64,000 nt of DNA from NCBI GenBank assembly GCA_964016885.1, contig OZ024742.1, forward strand, positions 67,580,001-67,644,000, given 5' to 3'. The notes beneath the pieces are model-generated. The model did not search any database, was not told the DNA's origin, and saw nothing but the letters and a program-made list of their open reading frames with translations. A program made the translations under genes and the position numbers. Positions 41,461-55,700 of the stretch are shown here, piece by piece; positions within the stretch are counted from its first letter, which is position 1, and every line of letters starts with the position of its first letter. This stretch comes from Eledone cirrhosa. Its lineage: Eukaryota.

Positions 41461-44400
41461 TCGAGCACCAACAACAGTGAGCACAAAAATGACAACAGCA
41501 GCAACAGCGACATTACCAAAAACAGTAAAAAAAAAAACAGTCGTGAACAAGAACGACAACAGCACCAGCAACCACGACTGGAAAATCAACGACAACTGCA
41601 ATAATGACAACAACACCAACAACAGGAAGGACGACAACAAATACAACAATATCAATAACAGTGACAACCACAACAACAGCAACAGCAACAGTATCAACGA
41701 AAACAACAATGAAATTAACAACACTAGCAGAACATAAGCGGCGACAGCACCAGCTGCAGCAATACCAACTGCACCGAGAGCGGCAGCAGCGGCGGCACCA
41801 ATGATAGCAGCAGCAATACCAACAGAAACTCGACAACAACAACACCAACGACAACAACAAGAACACTTGCGCCGCGGCAGCAGCCAAGTAAAGGCCATGC
41901 TTCAACATGGAATTGACAGACAAAAAAACAAAGTTGGCCCAGGCATGGAAGCTCATCAAAGAGGAGCAAACATGGGCCAACTTACATGTCCAGGCAGAGG
42001 CCATAGAAGCGTTGGAGAAGAGAACTCTGGTCTTCAGATGCATCTCAGCTGAGACGAAAAGAGCCACAAACTCTCCCCAAGCAGACGTGGAGGCTGCGCT
42101 GAGGTGCATCAGAGTACGTAGCGAGGGGTCAACAATATGGCACCATCTCGGTGCTGTTTAAGTCGGAGGCCCACGATTTGAAGCAATCGACGAACCCTTG
42201 CAAAACCAGCAAGGTTATTATGTACCCCTCCCACATGAGAAAAAGAACAATTGGAGTCCGCATTCCCAGGATTAACAACACCAACAACAAAATCTACCTC
42301 AGCATCACCAGCAGAACCAACAACAACCGCAACGACAACCAACACCACCCAGGGGCCACTCCAAAGAAGCTCTCCCACCCCTCCCTCTCGAACACACACA
42401 CCCATACACGCACTGCTACTTACATCTGACACAAACACAGAATCCCCTTCATCACTAAGCGAAGATGAGGAGTAACACCAAAAGCCAAAAAAAAAACCCC
42501 CAAAAAACAAAACAAGAAGAAATCTCACACACCAACACAAACAGCAAACAAAAAAGACACATTCGCACCAGACATAGACACACATACTACAACGCCCTCC
42601 CCCGCAAAAGCACAACCGTCGACACAAACACCATCTCCACCAAAACACTGCCACTAACACAAACAACTAAAAGAAAACACACAGCAACAACTTACAACCA
42701 CAACACCTAACTTCGTGTTAGTGAGGAAATCGAACACAAAATTACTGAACCTCATAACACGAAGTAAGGAAATAGAGAAAGAAGGGGAGGCGTTTAACAC
42801 CTGCTTCTTCAAGGTGCCACAAACACTTTTGCTGGTGCGAATAGCACTAGGCAACTATAAAATAATTAGGGAGGGCTTCCCCAACGCCGTGGAGACACCC
42901 AGTCTAAAAGGGGTTCCAAAGAAACCCCACCAACTATGGACGTCGAAGACCTTCATAAGAGCCTGGGAGGTACGTAAACCTTTCCTCTCTCTTTTAGACG
43001 GTCAACATGGCCATATTAAGAATAGGATGTTTAAATGTTCGCGGCCTGGGATCGTCCTAGAAGCAGGGTCACCTGCTCAACGACCTCAGGTCTCTAGAAA
43101 TAAATGTAATTGCCGTCAGCGACACCAGGATTTCCGACACGCGCACACTAGCCCCTATTTTCAACGACTATCAGATTTTTGCATATGTTAGCCGGCCGGG
43201 AATGGGAGGTGGGGTGGCTGGGATGTTTAGGAAAAGCCTGGATTTCGAGGTAAAGTCGATCTTCCGGGACCAGGAGAGTAAGTTGGTGGTCCTGGACATG
43301 AGCAATAGCGAAGGTGGTGCCTTTGGACTGGTGGCCGTCTACGCCCCTACCGGGGCAGGACGGCCGCATTTCTGTAGATGCCTGGAAGCCATTCTCGGTA
43401 CATCTCGCCCTTTACTGTTAGCGGGGGACTGGAACGGCATCTTAGACGCACGCTTGGACTGTGTGGGAATGTCCGATAGGAGAGGGGGTGCAGAAGTCTC
43501 AAGTACCTTATCAGCCAGTTCCAACTGTCTGACAGGTACCGACTAGATTTCCCTAATGCGCCAGTGTGGACCTGGACAAACCGTTTAGGGACATCTAGAT
43601 CGTACTTAGATTAGTGGATAAGGATAGTATAGGGTGTACACAATTACATACGGTCGCCTATTCAGATCACAAGTTTGTTATCTGTATGGTCGACCTAGAT
43701 AAGACGCGTAGGTTAGGGCCTGGTTACTGGCAGCTGATCATGTTATTTCCGGCACGTAAGGCTTACAGGGACCGGGTCAACAATTTAGTTAAGAAAAAGT
43801 TGACAGGGGGAGTCGTCAACATTAGATGGTGGGGGAATCTCAAAAGAGAGATTAAAGTAATGTCAATAGAGTTTAGCAAAGAAGTAGCGTTAGAGAAAAA
43901 TAGAAAGGAAGGGGAGTTGGCAGATAGGTTAGACAAGGCTATTTGTAGTGGCATTGCAACTGACGTGCTAGCGGCGAGAATGGCATTAGATCATTTCTTC
44001 CATGCGAAACATGAAGATTGTATTGTCAGAGCTAAGGCGCAGAATCTGAGAAACGAGGGAACCAAAGCTGTTCCATGGGCCGGCATGACAGAGGCGCAGC
44101 TTGGTAATGAAACCACGATTCGGTCTTTGACGGACCGAGACGGACACGAACTGAGAGATTCCAAGCGGATGTGTAAGGCCTTTCGCTAACATTTCGCTCG
44201 GTTGTTCGGGGGAGTGGCGGGTCAGAGATGGTGGCGGACTTCAGTCCCTACCTCGATGGCTTAACGTAACTCTCGACGGCCGACGCTGAGCGCTTCGAAA
44301 TACCGATTACTTCAGCCGAGATTCAGGATGCCCTTGTCGGCTGCATGAGGCGCAAGTCACCCGGTTTGGAAGGTCTGCCCTACAAGCTTTACTTAAATAT

Positions 44401-46620
44401 GCCAGACTTGTTCTCCGATCTCCTTGAAGCGCTCTACTCCAACTGGCAGCAGAACGAGAGTATTCCCAGTTCGGTGAGCCGGGCCGTAGTGATGCTGATA
44501 AGGAAAGACGAGAATAAGAGGACACATTAGACAATTTGAGGCCCATAACTCTGCTCAACACAGAGTTTAAGATTTTGGCCAAGGTGTTAGCGAAGAGGTT
44601 GGCACTTGTCGTCGAGGATTTGGTTGAGGAGGCGCAAACTTGTGTGATCCCAACTAGGTTCATACACGACAACCTCCACCTGATGCGATACATCATAGAG
44701 ACGATTGGGTGTAAACCTTGCTTCGGTGGGGGTCTGATCAATTTAGATTAATCGAAAGCATTCGATCACGTCGGCCATCGGTACCTGGAGGGTGTCATGA
44801 ATGCAGCCTGGAGGCTGTCTTCAGAAGCTGGATCGCTGCAATGCACCGCGGTATCTGCTCGAAAGTCAAAGTTAATGGCCACCTCTCGGAACCGTTTTAG
44901 ATTTCCAGATCGGTAAGTCAAGGGTGCCCTCTCTCGTCCCTTCTGTACTTATTGACTCTCGAGCCTCTACTGCGAAAGCTGGAGCTGTTGCAGGGCATCC
45001 CACTCGAACCGTGACGCGGAAAGGCTGTGTCGGTTTATGCGGACGACATCACCGTGATGGTGTCGGACACCTAAGAAATCGAGGTGGTCAGCCACTTATT
45101 GGAGGAATATGAAAGTTTGACGGGAGCAAAACTTAACCCGGAAAAATTGGTGTGCTTGCAACTCGGCAACATGGTCGTTGGGCGCTGGACGGACGGACCG
45201 GTAAAGTTGCTTGGGGTTTGGTTCGGGCCAGACCTCCAGGGGGATAAGAATTGGGAGGAGGTGACAGGCAGGATAGCCAGTCTCACCCAGAAATGGGCTG
45301 CGAAGAAGCTATCACTGAAAGGTTGGGCGGAGGTGGCGAACGCGTACATCCCGTCCGTCATCTACTAACGCCTGACCGTCGTCCCTTGCCAACGTTCCCG
45401 CCTCGACAACTTGGAGCGGCTCCTCTTTAAATTAATTTGGAGGGGTCAGGTTCTGTGGGTGAGGCGGTCCATCTGCTGCCAACACCCTCTACGTGGAGGG
45501 CTGGGCATGCCGTGGCTAATGATGCGCAGACACGCGCTGAGGTTGCAGCATCTCCAGATATTCTGCCTAAACGGTGAACAAGTGTGGTCGCCGTTTGTCA
45601 GACGGGCCTTTCCGCAGCTCGTCTCTTTGACTGAGCTGCAGTCCTGGGTCAATAAGAGACCAATACTGGGTGACTGACATCTGGAATGCTGCCAAGCACT
45701 CACTGCCCTCTACCAGGCGGAGAATTCGCTCAGTGGAACAGCCACTCTCGAGTTCTATAGAGGATTAGTTGTGTGCAAGTGCGATGACGCACTCGGAGTG
45801 GCACTGGGCGTCGACGAAGTCAAACTAACCAGTCTGTTCCAGAGGACTTTCGAGCCCGGGAAGAAGGATAATTTCCAAAAATCCATCGCTTGGCAGTGCT
45901 ACCGAGGGGCACTGCCGGTTCGAGATAAACTCTACAGACACGGAAGTGCTGTCAGACGGACCTTCCCGAGAAGCGCGCAGAGCGACGAAACCGTTCTGGG
46001 CGCACTCGTCCAGTGTCCGTGCATTACTGACTTGTGGAGTTATGTCGAACAGCTGTTGAACCGATCCGGCTATCCGCCAAATCCATAGTGAAGATCGACC
46101 CGCCGCCTTCTTTTGTCCAGGAAGGGCAAACAATTTTCCTCTGACTGGTGGCAGTAGCGAAAGAGGTTGTATGATGGACGAGGTTGAAAGGACAGACACG
46201 TTTCCCTTCAGCCAATCCCTCATCAACTCTTTCAAGTTTCACTTGGAAAGGAAGGTGAGGGTGGAGAGAGAATTACTGCTCCCCCCCCCCCCCCCGTACA
46301 CTTGCTGAAAGGTGGGTGAATGTGGCGAGAATATCCGGTGTGAGTGGGCCTGTTCTGATGCTGCGCCTGTAGCTGGGTGAATTTGAGGAGGAGAGGGGTG
46401 CCCTATCCGGGTGATCTCAAAGTATCTGGTCGTTCAGGATTGGTGGGGTACCTGAGTGAAGCCTGTGTGGTCATCCCCCCTACTGGGGAATTTTTGTTGT
46501 ATTTTTCTTGTTCTTTTGTTATTGTTATTGTTGCTTACATGTTGTATATGTAAACCCCACTGTCCCAGTCTTTTGTATTGTCCCCTATATGTCGGCCCTT
46601 GGGGCCAATAAATGAAATCA
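41461..46620 (+). mobile_element. Tx1/L1-clade LINE copy 2 (different subfamily, intact 3' end)
   Basis: ORF2 remnants 43007-46372 with APE (GDWNG, SDH) and RT (KSPGLEG, RPITLLNTEFK, QGCPLS, YADDI). 3' UTR ends aataaatgaaatc(att)n. Confidence 0.92.
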
Positions 46621-46637
46621 TTATTATTATTATTATA

Positions 46638-46826
46638 ACGGGGGGGTGGATTGGCAGTATCGGTAGAGGGTCGGACGCCATGCTTTCCAGCATAGTTACG
46701 TCCTTTTACGATCTGAGTTCAAATCCTGCCGAGGTTGACTTTGCCTTTCATCCTTACGGGGTCGATAAAATAAAGTACCAGTAATGCACTGGATATTTGC
46801 TGGCCTTGTGCCTAAAGTAGAAACAA
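46638..46826 (+). mobile_element. tRNA-derived SINE
   Basis: A and B boxes plus the central domain as at 903-1092; (att)n on both sides. Confidence 0.9.
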
Positions 46827-48549
46827 TTATTATTATTATTAGTAGTAGAGAATTAGTATTTAGACTTAAACATTGGTGAGGTAGTTGGTTGTAGAGGTGT
46901 TGCAATAGGGATGATGGAAATACTGGAGATGGTGATGTTAATTTGGGAACTATTCTGTGTGAGGTACAATGATAATAGTCCGGAAGTGTGTTTTGTATTT
47001 GACGGTGGAGCATTAGTACTAGTTGAAGTTAATGCTAGTGTGAATTTAGCTTTTGATATCGGTTTTGAAATTAGTATTATTAGTGTTTTTTCTTATTAAT
47101 GTTGATTGATGTATTTGCAGTCGTTTGGTGATGTTGGCAACGTTAGTTTATGGTGTTTGTGTTTGAACATGTTACAGATGGAGTTCTATTTGATTAGCAC
47201 AATCTTATCTCCATGTAATAGTTATATCATGAACCTTGTTTCAGGATTGACCGTTTTTATTCATATTGCATTCGATATATCCTTCTACCATCTTTAAATA
47301 GCGACGTGATTACAATGAATTTTAACTATTATTGCTAAAAGTTAAAGCGATGCCTTAAAGAATCAATCCGACAGTAATTGGTTGTTAGTTGTTGTAAATG
47401 CGTTAGTGAGTGTGGGGTTAGTTTTAATTCTGGTGATACTGATTGTGTTGATGAGGGTGTAAATATTTTGACAGACGGCAGTGATGGGGTTGCTGATGGG
47501 GTTGCTGGATTGCTGGTGTTAGTAGTGATAGTGATTAAACACATTTGTTTGAAGGACAAACTTATGAAAATTCATGTTCACAGTTTCCATGTGACAGCCA
47601 CTCTTTCATTGTAAATCAACATAGCGCATCCATTACCAGTCTCTCCCCTTCTGTATAATTTGGCTCTTGTGGGATCATTTATTTTTCTGCCGGATGGAAG
47701 CCGACCATCCTTGATTATGCATAACAACGACAACAGGAAAAACCACCATTAATAATGATTAAGATAATAATAATAATGAATAAAAAAAAGTAAACAAACA
47801 ACAATGGGTTTTTTCATCTCCCGGGAAATAAACAAGTATAAAAACAAAAACTGATATAACAAGCAACAACAGAAAAGATATAAACAGCTATTAAAATATA
47901 TAAATAAAACAGATATTATATATAAAACTGAAATCGGAATTGAGAATGCTATGCGACGACCGTGGTGAGTAACGACTAGTATAGGGTCAAACACATACAC
48001 AGTACATAATAGAACGCAGTAGAAGTGGCCAATGAAAATCGTGTTAGTGCTTGAGAAAAACAAGTCAGAGATCAAATTGCTTTTGACACAGCAGAATGTT
48101 ATGGTCACCAAACAGGATCTATCAAAATTATATATTGAAACTTGATACAAAGGTACTCACAGAGTACGCTGATTCAAACAGACAGAATGATGACCATAAT
48201 ACTGTCGAATAGTAATACGAAAGGAAATAAAGACTTGTATTCTAATCGATGTATTGAAATAAATTTAAATAGAACGCCCGGGAATGATCAGAGTGAAAAC
48301 AGAATCCCCCTCATGTTCGCTTAAACAATATGTGTCATGAAAATAATGAAAATAAACACAGAAAGTTCAACTAATCCAATTGGACATATAAAAACATTTA
48401 ATATAAAAATAGAACTACACTTATATTGTCTAGTAATTTCAATAAAATTCAAACAAAATAAAATGCTATATTACTTGGATCGTTCATTGAAGCTGTGCTC
48501 TGAATACACGCTATAACATTGGAATATCTCAAATAATAGTACTTTCTGA

Positions 48550-49110
48550 TCTAGCCAGCTCTATATGATCTGTGGTGGGAAAGAGAGAGAAAATCGTTGC
48601 TCAAATCGTTTCCGAGTCTAAACACCTATCCCAGATTCATTATAAAGGATGGAGGCATGATTTACCCCATTCTGAGAAGGATTATAAGCGTAAGCCAGAG
48701 CCGGTGATAGAAAATCATCGAGTAAAGGTGTTGTGGGTGTTAAGGATAGAAAATATTAAAGTTACAATACAATATAACAAACATGGAGGTTTTTGTGAAG
48801 GTAAAAAGATCTTGGTTGGTTATAGATGTAGCCTGCCCCTGTAAAACATGGGTGTATGAAAAGTAAAGGGAATAAGTTAATCGCTAACGGTGAGAACTGA
48901 AAGGATATGGTGCTATCATGATATCAAGATCTTTCCCATCGTTATAGGAGCAGTAGATACTGACTCGGATTTTTTGTAAGTCTGGCTAATGACGATCAGT
49001 CCAGCCGCTGTTTTTGCAACACTTAAAAAGAAATGACTACTAAGAACAGATTGAACCCTCCCAGACGTCCTGAATATCGGAAGCTGCGGGTTGTGACTTG
49101 ATGTTCATTA
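48550..49110 (+). mobile_element. Decayed RLE non-LTR 3' fragment
   Basis: EKIVAQIVSESKHLSQIHYKGWRHD...VIENHRVKVLW, homologous to 35575-36382. Confidence 0.75.
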
Positions 49111-49182
49111 GGGCAATTTTTCCGGTTAAATAATATCAATGACTGAAATATCAAATTCAATATCAATACCACTAATAATAAT

Positions 49183-49325
49183 GGTTTCTTATATGGGCAC
49201 AAGGCCAGCAATTTTGGCGGAGGGGAAAGTCGATTAAATCAACCCTAGTGCCTGACAAGTGCTTTATCTTATCGACCCCGTAAGGATTAAAGGCAAAGTT
49301 AACCTCGGTGGGATTTGAACTCAAA
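49183..49325 (-). mobile_element. 5'-truncated tRNA-SINE
   Basis: atcgaccccgtaaggattaaaggcaaagttaacctcggtgggatttgaactc. Confidence 0.85.
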
Positions 49326-50325
49326 TACTACTACTAATAATAATACCAATCATGTTTATTAGATACAAATTCTCATCATGCAATTAAAATAATTCAAAAC
49401 ACGCTGTTCATAAAATACGTGGAGATGGAGAATAAAACGGTATATGGAAACTGGGGCAGGATTAAGGAATTATATAATGGACCTAGTAAAATCTGGTAAT
49501 GAAAAAATAAATATAGTATTATAAAAGAAAAACTAAAGAACTAAGACATGTAATAATGAGAGAACATGAAACTCTCGTTCGAGTGAACGCACCAAATCAC
49601 CTTATGGAGCCAGAGAAATACAAATTAGACATTGAAATTTCGTTGGGAGAAATGATTTCATATGCAAGTATTCTCGCGAGGTCTTGAACAAAATTCTATC
49701 TTTCAGTTGTTCCTGGATTTTATGCCCTAACATCAGTATATGTACATATTGTTTGGCTGCTTGTCTTCTAGCTCACATGAAAATGCAAGTAGCCTTCTCT
49801 TAATGCTTCTGAAAAGATTACATTTTCAATGCATCCCAGAGGGGAGTAATTTCCTTCTGTCTTTTGGATTTTCTACTTTTTCTTTTCGTTCTTTTTTCCG
49901 CAACTATCTCCTAAGCTCCGCCAACAACTTCCCATTTTCACTATTTGAACTCATAACAAACGCATACTATTTTCTCAGTGGTTTAAATAATTATGTGAAT
50001 ACACCACCATCGTAAATTAGGCACAAGTCTAGGAGATTAAGAAGAGGAAAGCTGTTTATGTTGATTCCAATACTTGAATCGTTGTTTATTTCTTGAGCAC
50101 ATGACGGGTGAAAACTCACATTTACCTCAACGGGATTTGAACACAAGGTAAAAAGCCAGAAGAAATACTACAAAGCCTTATATAACCCGACTAATTGCTT
50201 ACAAACATAAATACGTGACACGCATATCGATGGGGATAATGAGTTAATCGAGTAAATTGACCGGGATTCTTGAATGCTATTCAATTTCTAATACAGACAC
50301 AAGGTCAGAAAGTTGTGCAAATAAT

Positions 50326-50543
50326 GGTTTCTTATATAGGCACAAGGCCAGCAATTTTTGGGGTGGGGAAAGTCGATTAAATCTATCCCAGTGCGTGACT
50401 GGTACTTTATTTTATCGACCCCGTAAGGATGAAAGGCAAAGTTAACCTCGGCGGGACTTGAACTCAGACCATAAAGGGCCGTAACTCTTTGCTGCAAAGC
50501 ATGGCGTCCGACCCTCTACCGATACTGCCAATCCACCGCCCTT
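50326..50543 (-). mobile_element. Full-length tRNA-SINE with TSD
   Basis: Family motifs; flanking direct repeat aagttgtgcaaataat. Confidence 0.92.
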
Positions 50544-51828
50544 AAGTTGTGCAAATAATAAAATTGATAATATTTACCACGGAATTTAACTTGTACTTAT
50601 ATTTCCACTTTACACCAAGGAATGAAAAATTCGCCCTTAACAGATTTGGATTTTACCATGGTGTTATCGATTCCCAGGCTGCTTTTATTCCAGCATTCCA
50701 TCAATTCTGCCATCCATTTCTATTCAAAATAAATTCGATTGTACGTTACTGAAGTATATTTTCCCTCCCCCAGATGTTTAAAAGGCAAATTTGAACTCCT
50801 TGAGATTAGAAACCAGATGATAATCGATTCTCGAAGGACATCTAATGAAGTGTCCTACAAATTATTCCATACAGTGCCATAATAATAAAACCGAGATAGG
50901 GATAAGGCCACGCGTTTTCCACATTCATTATTATAGTAATTATTCCTCTATTACAAATGATGTGGCTGAGATTGCTGTTTGTGTTGCCATTGGTTACGGA
51001 TGTTTTCTTTTTTTGATTTTATTTTGGTTTTTGCATTACTTTTTACAGCCAATGGTCTTACTTCATTTTCTTTTTGATATGCAGTTATTATTTTTTTAAA
51101 TTTTAGTTGCTGATACTAATGTAGTTAGTATTGTCCTTGTTGTTTATTGATATTATTCTTTTTACTGTTGTAGTTGTTCGATCTCTCGTTAGTAATCGAC
51201 CTGTAAGCTTTGTAATTAAAGCATGTATTAATTCCCTCGTCCATCGTTTCTTTGAAAAATAAAAGCTGTATTATCTCTAAATCTCAGCCAATCAGCACAG
51301 ACATTTAGTTCAATTACGAAATGTAAATTTCCTTATTACAAAAAATATGCTCAACCAAAAGCGTAACATCATCATCCTCGGCAGCAACGTTTACAACAAC
51401 CACTCAATAACTATCAAAAGAACATTATCATTAGCATCAACACCAATATAATAATCAACTGCAATAATAGCAGCGGTAACAATTGTAATGAAACATCAGC
51501 AATGAGATATTGATGATATTAATGATAATAGTAATAGCAGAATCGTTAGTGCATCAGATGAGATGCATTGAATTATTTCGGTACATCCATCTTCATTTTG
51601 GTTTTAAATCTCACCGAGATAAAATTTGCATTTCATACTTCGGAAGTAAATCAAATAAAATACCAGTAAACTATTGGGCCGGGATAATTAGCTTTCAGCC
51701 CCCCATCTAAAAAAAGAAATGGTAACCATGCGCCTAATTTAGAAGCTATTAATGAAAATTATAATGGTTTCTGATGAACAAAAAAGGACCCTTTTACCGT
51801 GTTATACATTATTATATTTTGATTTCAG

Positions 51829-52013
51829 GCGGGGCATTGGCAGTATCGGTAGAGGGTCGGACGCTATGCTTTGACGCATAGAGTTACGCCCCTTGCCATT
51901 CTGAGTTCCAATCCGGCCGAGGTTAACTTTGCCTTTCATCCTTACGGGGTCGATAAAATAAAGTACCAGTAATGCACTAGGTATTTGCTGGCCTTCTTCC
52001 AAAAGTAGAAACA
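51829..52013 (+). mobile_element. tRNA-SINE with TSD
   Basis: Family motifs; flanking direct repeat attatattttgatttcagg. Confidence 0.92.
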
Positions 52014-53856
52014 ATTATATTTTGATTTCAGGGAGATTTAAACTCAGAACGTAAAGAGCCGTAACAAAATACCACAACTTATTGTGTCCATATGCCTCCA
52101 CTGTACTTATTCGAAGATCTTGGTTGAGAAATTATAGGAAGCCATATTTCTGCGGAAGATCAGTTGAAATTTCCTTCCGGCTAAAAATGGGTGTGCTCAT
52201 GTGCAAGTAAACTCACCGATTTCATCGGGGATTTATTTCTAGACTTTTGTAAATCATGTGCGTTGTTTGGATAAATGTACTGCTATGGTAATTGTTGGTG
52301 AGATGAAGTAATTTTGCACAATGTTAATGTGATCGTTTACTTGGTCCATGTATGTTTTATTTTGTATTTATGGCCAAGTAGTTTGAAATATGTTTTTCGC
52401 TATGTTTACATTTCGTCGTGGTGTTTTAAGTGCTTGTTGTGGGTGTGAATTAAACTGTGTTTGTGTCGTTGATGTTGTCTATGATGGTTTTTGTGGTAGT
52501 GGTGGTTCTTGGTGATGGGTTGATGATGGGGAATTTGGTTTTGGTGTTATTGTTTGCCTCTCGTTATTTTTATTATGCCCACTTCATGTACGGGCACGGA
52601 TTTTCATTGTTTTTCTTCTTTTTTCTTATGTTTTCTATTTTTCACTTTTTTAGTGGGGAGGGGAGACAAAAGATTGCCACTTGCATCTTTCGTCTTTATC
52701 GCAACACGTGTCCAAGTGAGCAGAATGGGTGAGTAACATGTCATGGGGATATGCTGTGGGTTTCGGTTGCCGGCGGTGATGTTGCCTCTGTTGCGTTCTG
52801 TTGTTGGTGCTGTCAGTGCTACTACTGCTGCTAGTAATGTTGTTCCTGCTGTTATTGCCGCTGTTCTTGATGAGGCGGTGTGTGGAATTTCAACAAGATT
52901 GATTTTCGTACATATTTCCTCAGTTATTTGGGCAAAGTCCTTCCAGTCTGGCGTCACCTGCTATTTAAATGTGAACATAGATTGCTTACCGTCAGTTCAT
53001 CGGTTGGAATCAAGAGCTCTGGTCCAATACTAGCTCAGTCTTTTTAAACTCAGTGAATCCATTATACTCTTTAAGGTTTATTTCAGCTAAAACAAATGCT
53101 AACATCCAGCATTTGTATATATTTGGACAAGTCATTGATATAGGGTGGGTTCCTTGCTTTTTTAAGTGGTTCTTGAGTGTCCCATGATTTGTCTTTATTT
53201 TTGGAAAACTCAGGGATACCGTACCCATTCTTTTCTCTGAAGTTCTATAGGTTTTGATGACCCAGATTGGCCTGAGGTTTATTCTGATGTGTTCTCTTTA
53301 TGCTCTCCTGAGCTTTATGGACTTAATACCGATGCACCTGATTCCATAACTAATCTCAATAGCATGGGAGGTGGCAGTGTTATACGTTGATATTCCGTCG
53401 TTTTGCTGTTTATCGTTGTGATTGTTTTGGTGGTGGTGTTTTACCTGTTGCGTTTATAGTCGAAATTGTTTTTTTTTATCATTTTAGAACTACGACTGTT
53501 TGTGTAATTAGCTGGCTGTTTACTGACCTCAATGTAGAAGCGTTGCTGCAACTTTTAATTACATTTTAGAGGTAAAATGGGATGTTGCTGCTTCACAGGA
53601 CGAGAAACTGTGGCACTTCCACCCTGTCGATACAGCTGTGATTTTTTCCTCGTTCTTTTTGCTAGAATCATAAGGGCGTGATTCAGCTGTAAATAAAACT
53701 GTTGCTCCTAAAGCCTTATTTTGCATGGATGGCCTTTTACTGTGCAAATTATGTCAACCAATTCAGGATATATAGAAAACTACTGGTTATAGACAACAAA
53801 TTTAGGGACCGATTAGAAGCTCATCATTTAGAGACAAAGGCAAATAATAGTAATTA

Positions 53857-54045
53857 TCTATATACAACTAAAACGCTGTGGTTGTGTACTTCTCTGTTTT
53901 TTAATACATCCACAACAGTACATAACGGGGAAAATACTTTGAAAGGGAATTTCCCCTGAAATGGGAATACAAATGGAAGAAAACAAGTTTCGCGTAGATC
54001 GAGCAACGTATCCCGTGATACGGGGTTTTTCCGGGTACCTTCAAA
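53857..54045 (+). mobile_element. 5' terminal fragment of the 16079-22696 Helitron family
   Basis: a|TCTATATACAACTAAAAC start and cctgaaatgggaatacaaat...aaacaag...gggtaccttc shared with 16079-16272. Confidence 0.8.
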
Positions 54046-54119
54046 GATAGAGAGAGAGAAAGCTAGAGAGAAAGAGATAGTGGTTGTGAGAGAGTAGATT
54101 GAAAGAGAGACAGAGACAG

Positions 54120-54165
<46 letters not shown>

Positions 54166-54219
54166 CTGGTGGTGGTGTTGTATATATATATATATATAAA
54201 TGTGTGTGTGTGTGTACAT

Positions 54220-55700
54220 GGCCCGTTTACTCGGGCCATGCTCACGACTGTCGTTGACCTTTCAACAAATTAGCTGGAAGGGAGTACTTCACTATACATA
54301 CTGATTTTCTCTTCTGGTGAAACTTGATAAGATAAATAGGGTTTGACCCAAGTGGAGAGTGTCTTGCTTCAATATTTGCTGTAGGGGGGCCACATGCAAT
54401 CTCTTTTGCTATGACCACCAGGCAGATAACGAATATCAGCAACTCCGCGCTAATGCAAGTTGAGGAAGTGTAATTTCCTCGATAGACTCAGCTGATAGTC
54501 CGATCCATCCCACCTGCGACAACAGCTGTTCGACTTAAACCTCATATCGTTAATGATCGAGCACAGCATGAGTGCGTGCAGGACGGCTTCGTTGCTCTAC
54601 GTGCAGCTCGAAAGCCCGACTAACCACACTCCTATGATTGGAGCCTTTATCTCGAACCGGCAATGCTCCTATGCAGCACTCCTATGCCAAGGACTTCGAG
54701 AAGTTATCCATCGGTCTTGGACCAAATGGTCTCCGGAAGAGAGTGGCTAGGTGATCGTCTCCGACACCCATAGTTTCCTTAGATTGTGGTCCAATTTCGT
54801 AGTCACTAATACAGTGTAGAACACGAAATTGGATATTCACTGACCTCGGTTCTCGACTGGTAATGGTTGCGAGTGTTTGACAACATTCCAACATGCAACA
54901 ATTTCCTTTCGGCCTTTTCTTGACCCAGGATGGCAGTTCCATCAATGAGACGAGCTGGGGTGACACTCTCGGGTGAACGGTAAACACACATGTTCGCCGT
55001 CTAGTAAACGCTATAGATGGTAGAACCTTAGTTCACTCAGTCTTACATGCAGCGGCTGTTTACTGGAGATTGACCGCCTGATAATTGGAACTCGTACCTC
55101 CAATAACAAGTGAAAAAGCAGGTGCTCGATGGACCGGACGCAGGAACAATATTCAGAAGCTACTAGATGACTGTCGATATATGCCTTCACCACCTCTGCC
55201 TGAATTTTCAGGAATAGTTTACTCTCGGTCAATTTCTGTGTGAACTTCACCCCACTTCTCGTTACTTCCTCCCATTATTTGCCAAGCTGGAGATCTGGCC
55301 CGAACTAGAATTCAAGTGAATTAACCCACCCATCGGTCTATTGCCCCACGACACTGTTGGACGGCAGTTGCCGAACCACAGGCTAACCGATTTTGCTGAT
55401 TCATTTTGACTCCTGTCACCGCTTTGTATTCCCTTAGAGCAACGCCGATCACCTCGATATGTTAGAGTTCGATGCCACTACGATGAAGTAATCGGCATAT
55501 GCTGACATGTGTCATTCGCATCCATGGTTGCACGGGATAACTGTTAACGTATCTAATTTTTGTAGTAATGCCCCGAAAGTCAGTACATATGAGAGCTGTC
55601 ATCCCTGAGTAACGTGCTCCATAATACAGAATGCCAGAGATAGGCGTCCATATATTCTAAACACCGACTAGATATCGCTGTACATTGCAGTGATACTTTT
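54220..55700 (-). mobile_element. Decayed 3' half of Tx1/L1-clade LINE
   Basis: PQLVSLMELPSWVKKRP, FGPRPMDNFSKSLA and CLVVIAKEI match LINE copies 1 and 2. Confidence 0.85.

Noticed and set aside
52380-53560. GT-skewed stretches (also 34880-35560, 46860-47540, 62480-63600) that may be old LINE ORF1 remnants
   Set aside because: Too decayed to assign a motif by eye.
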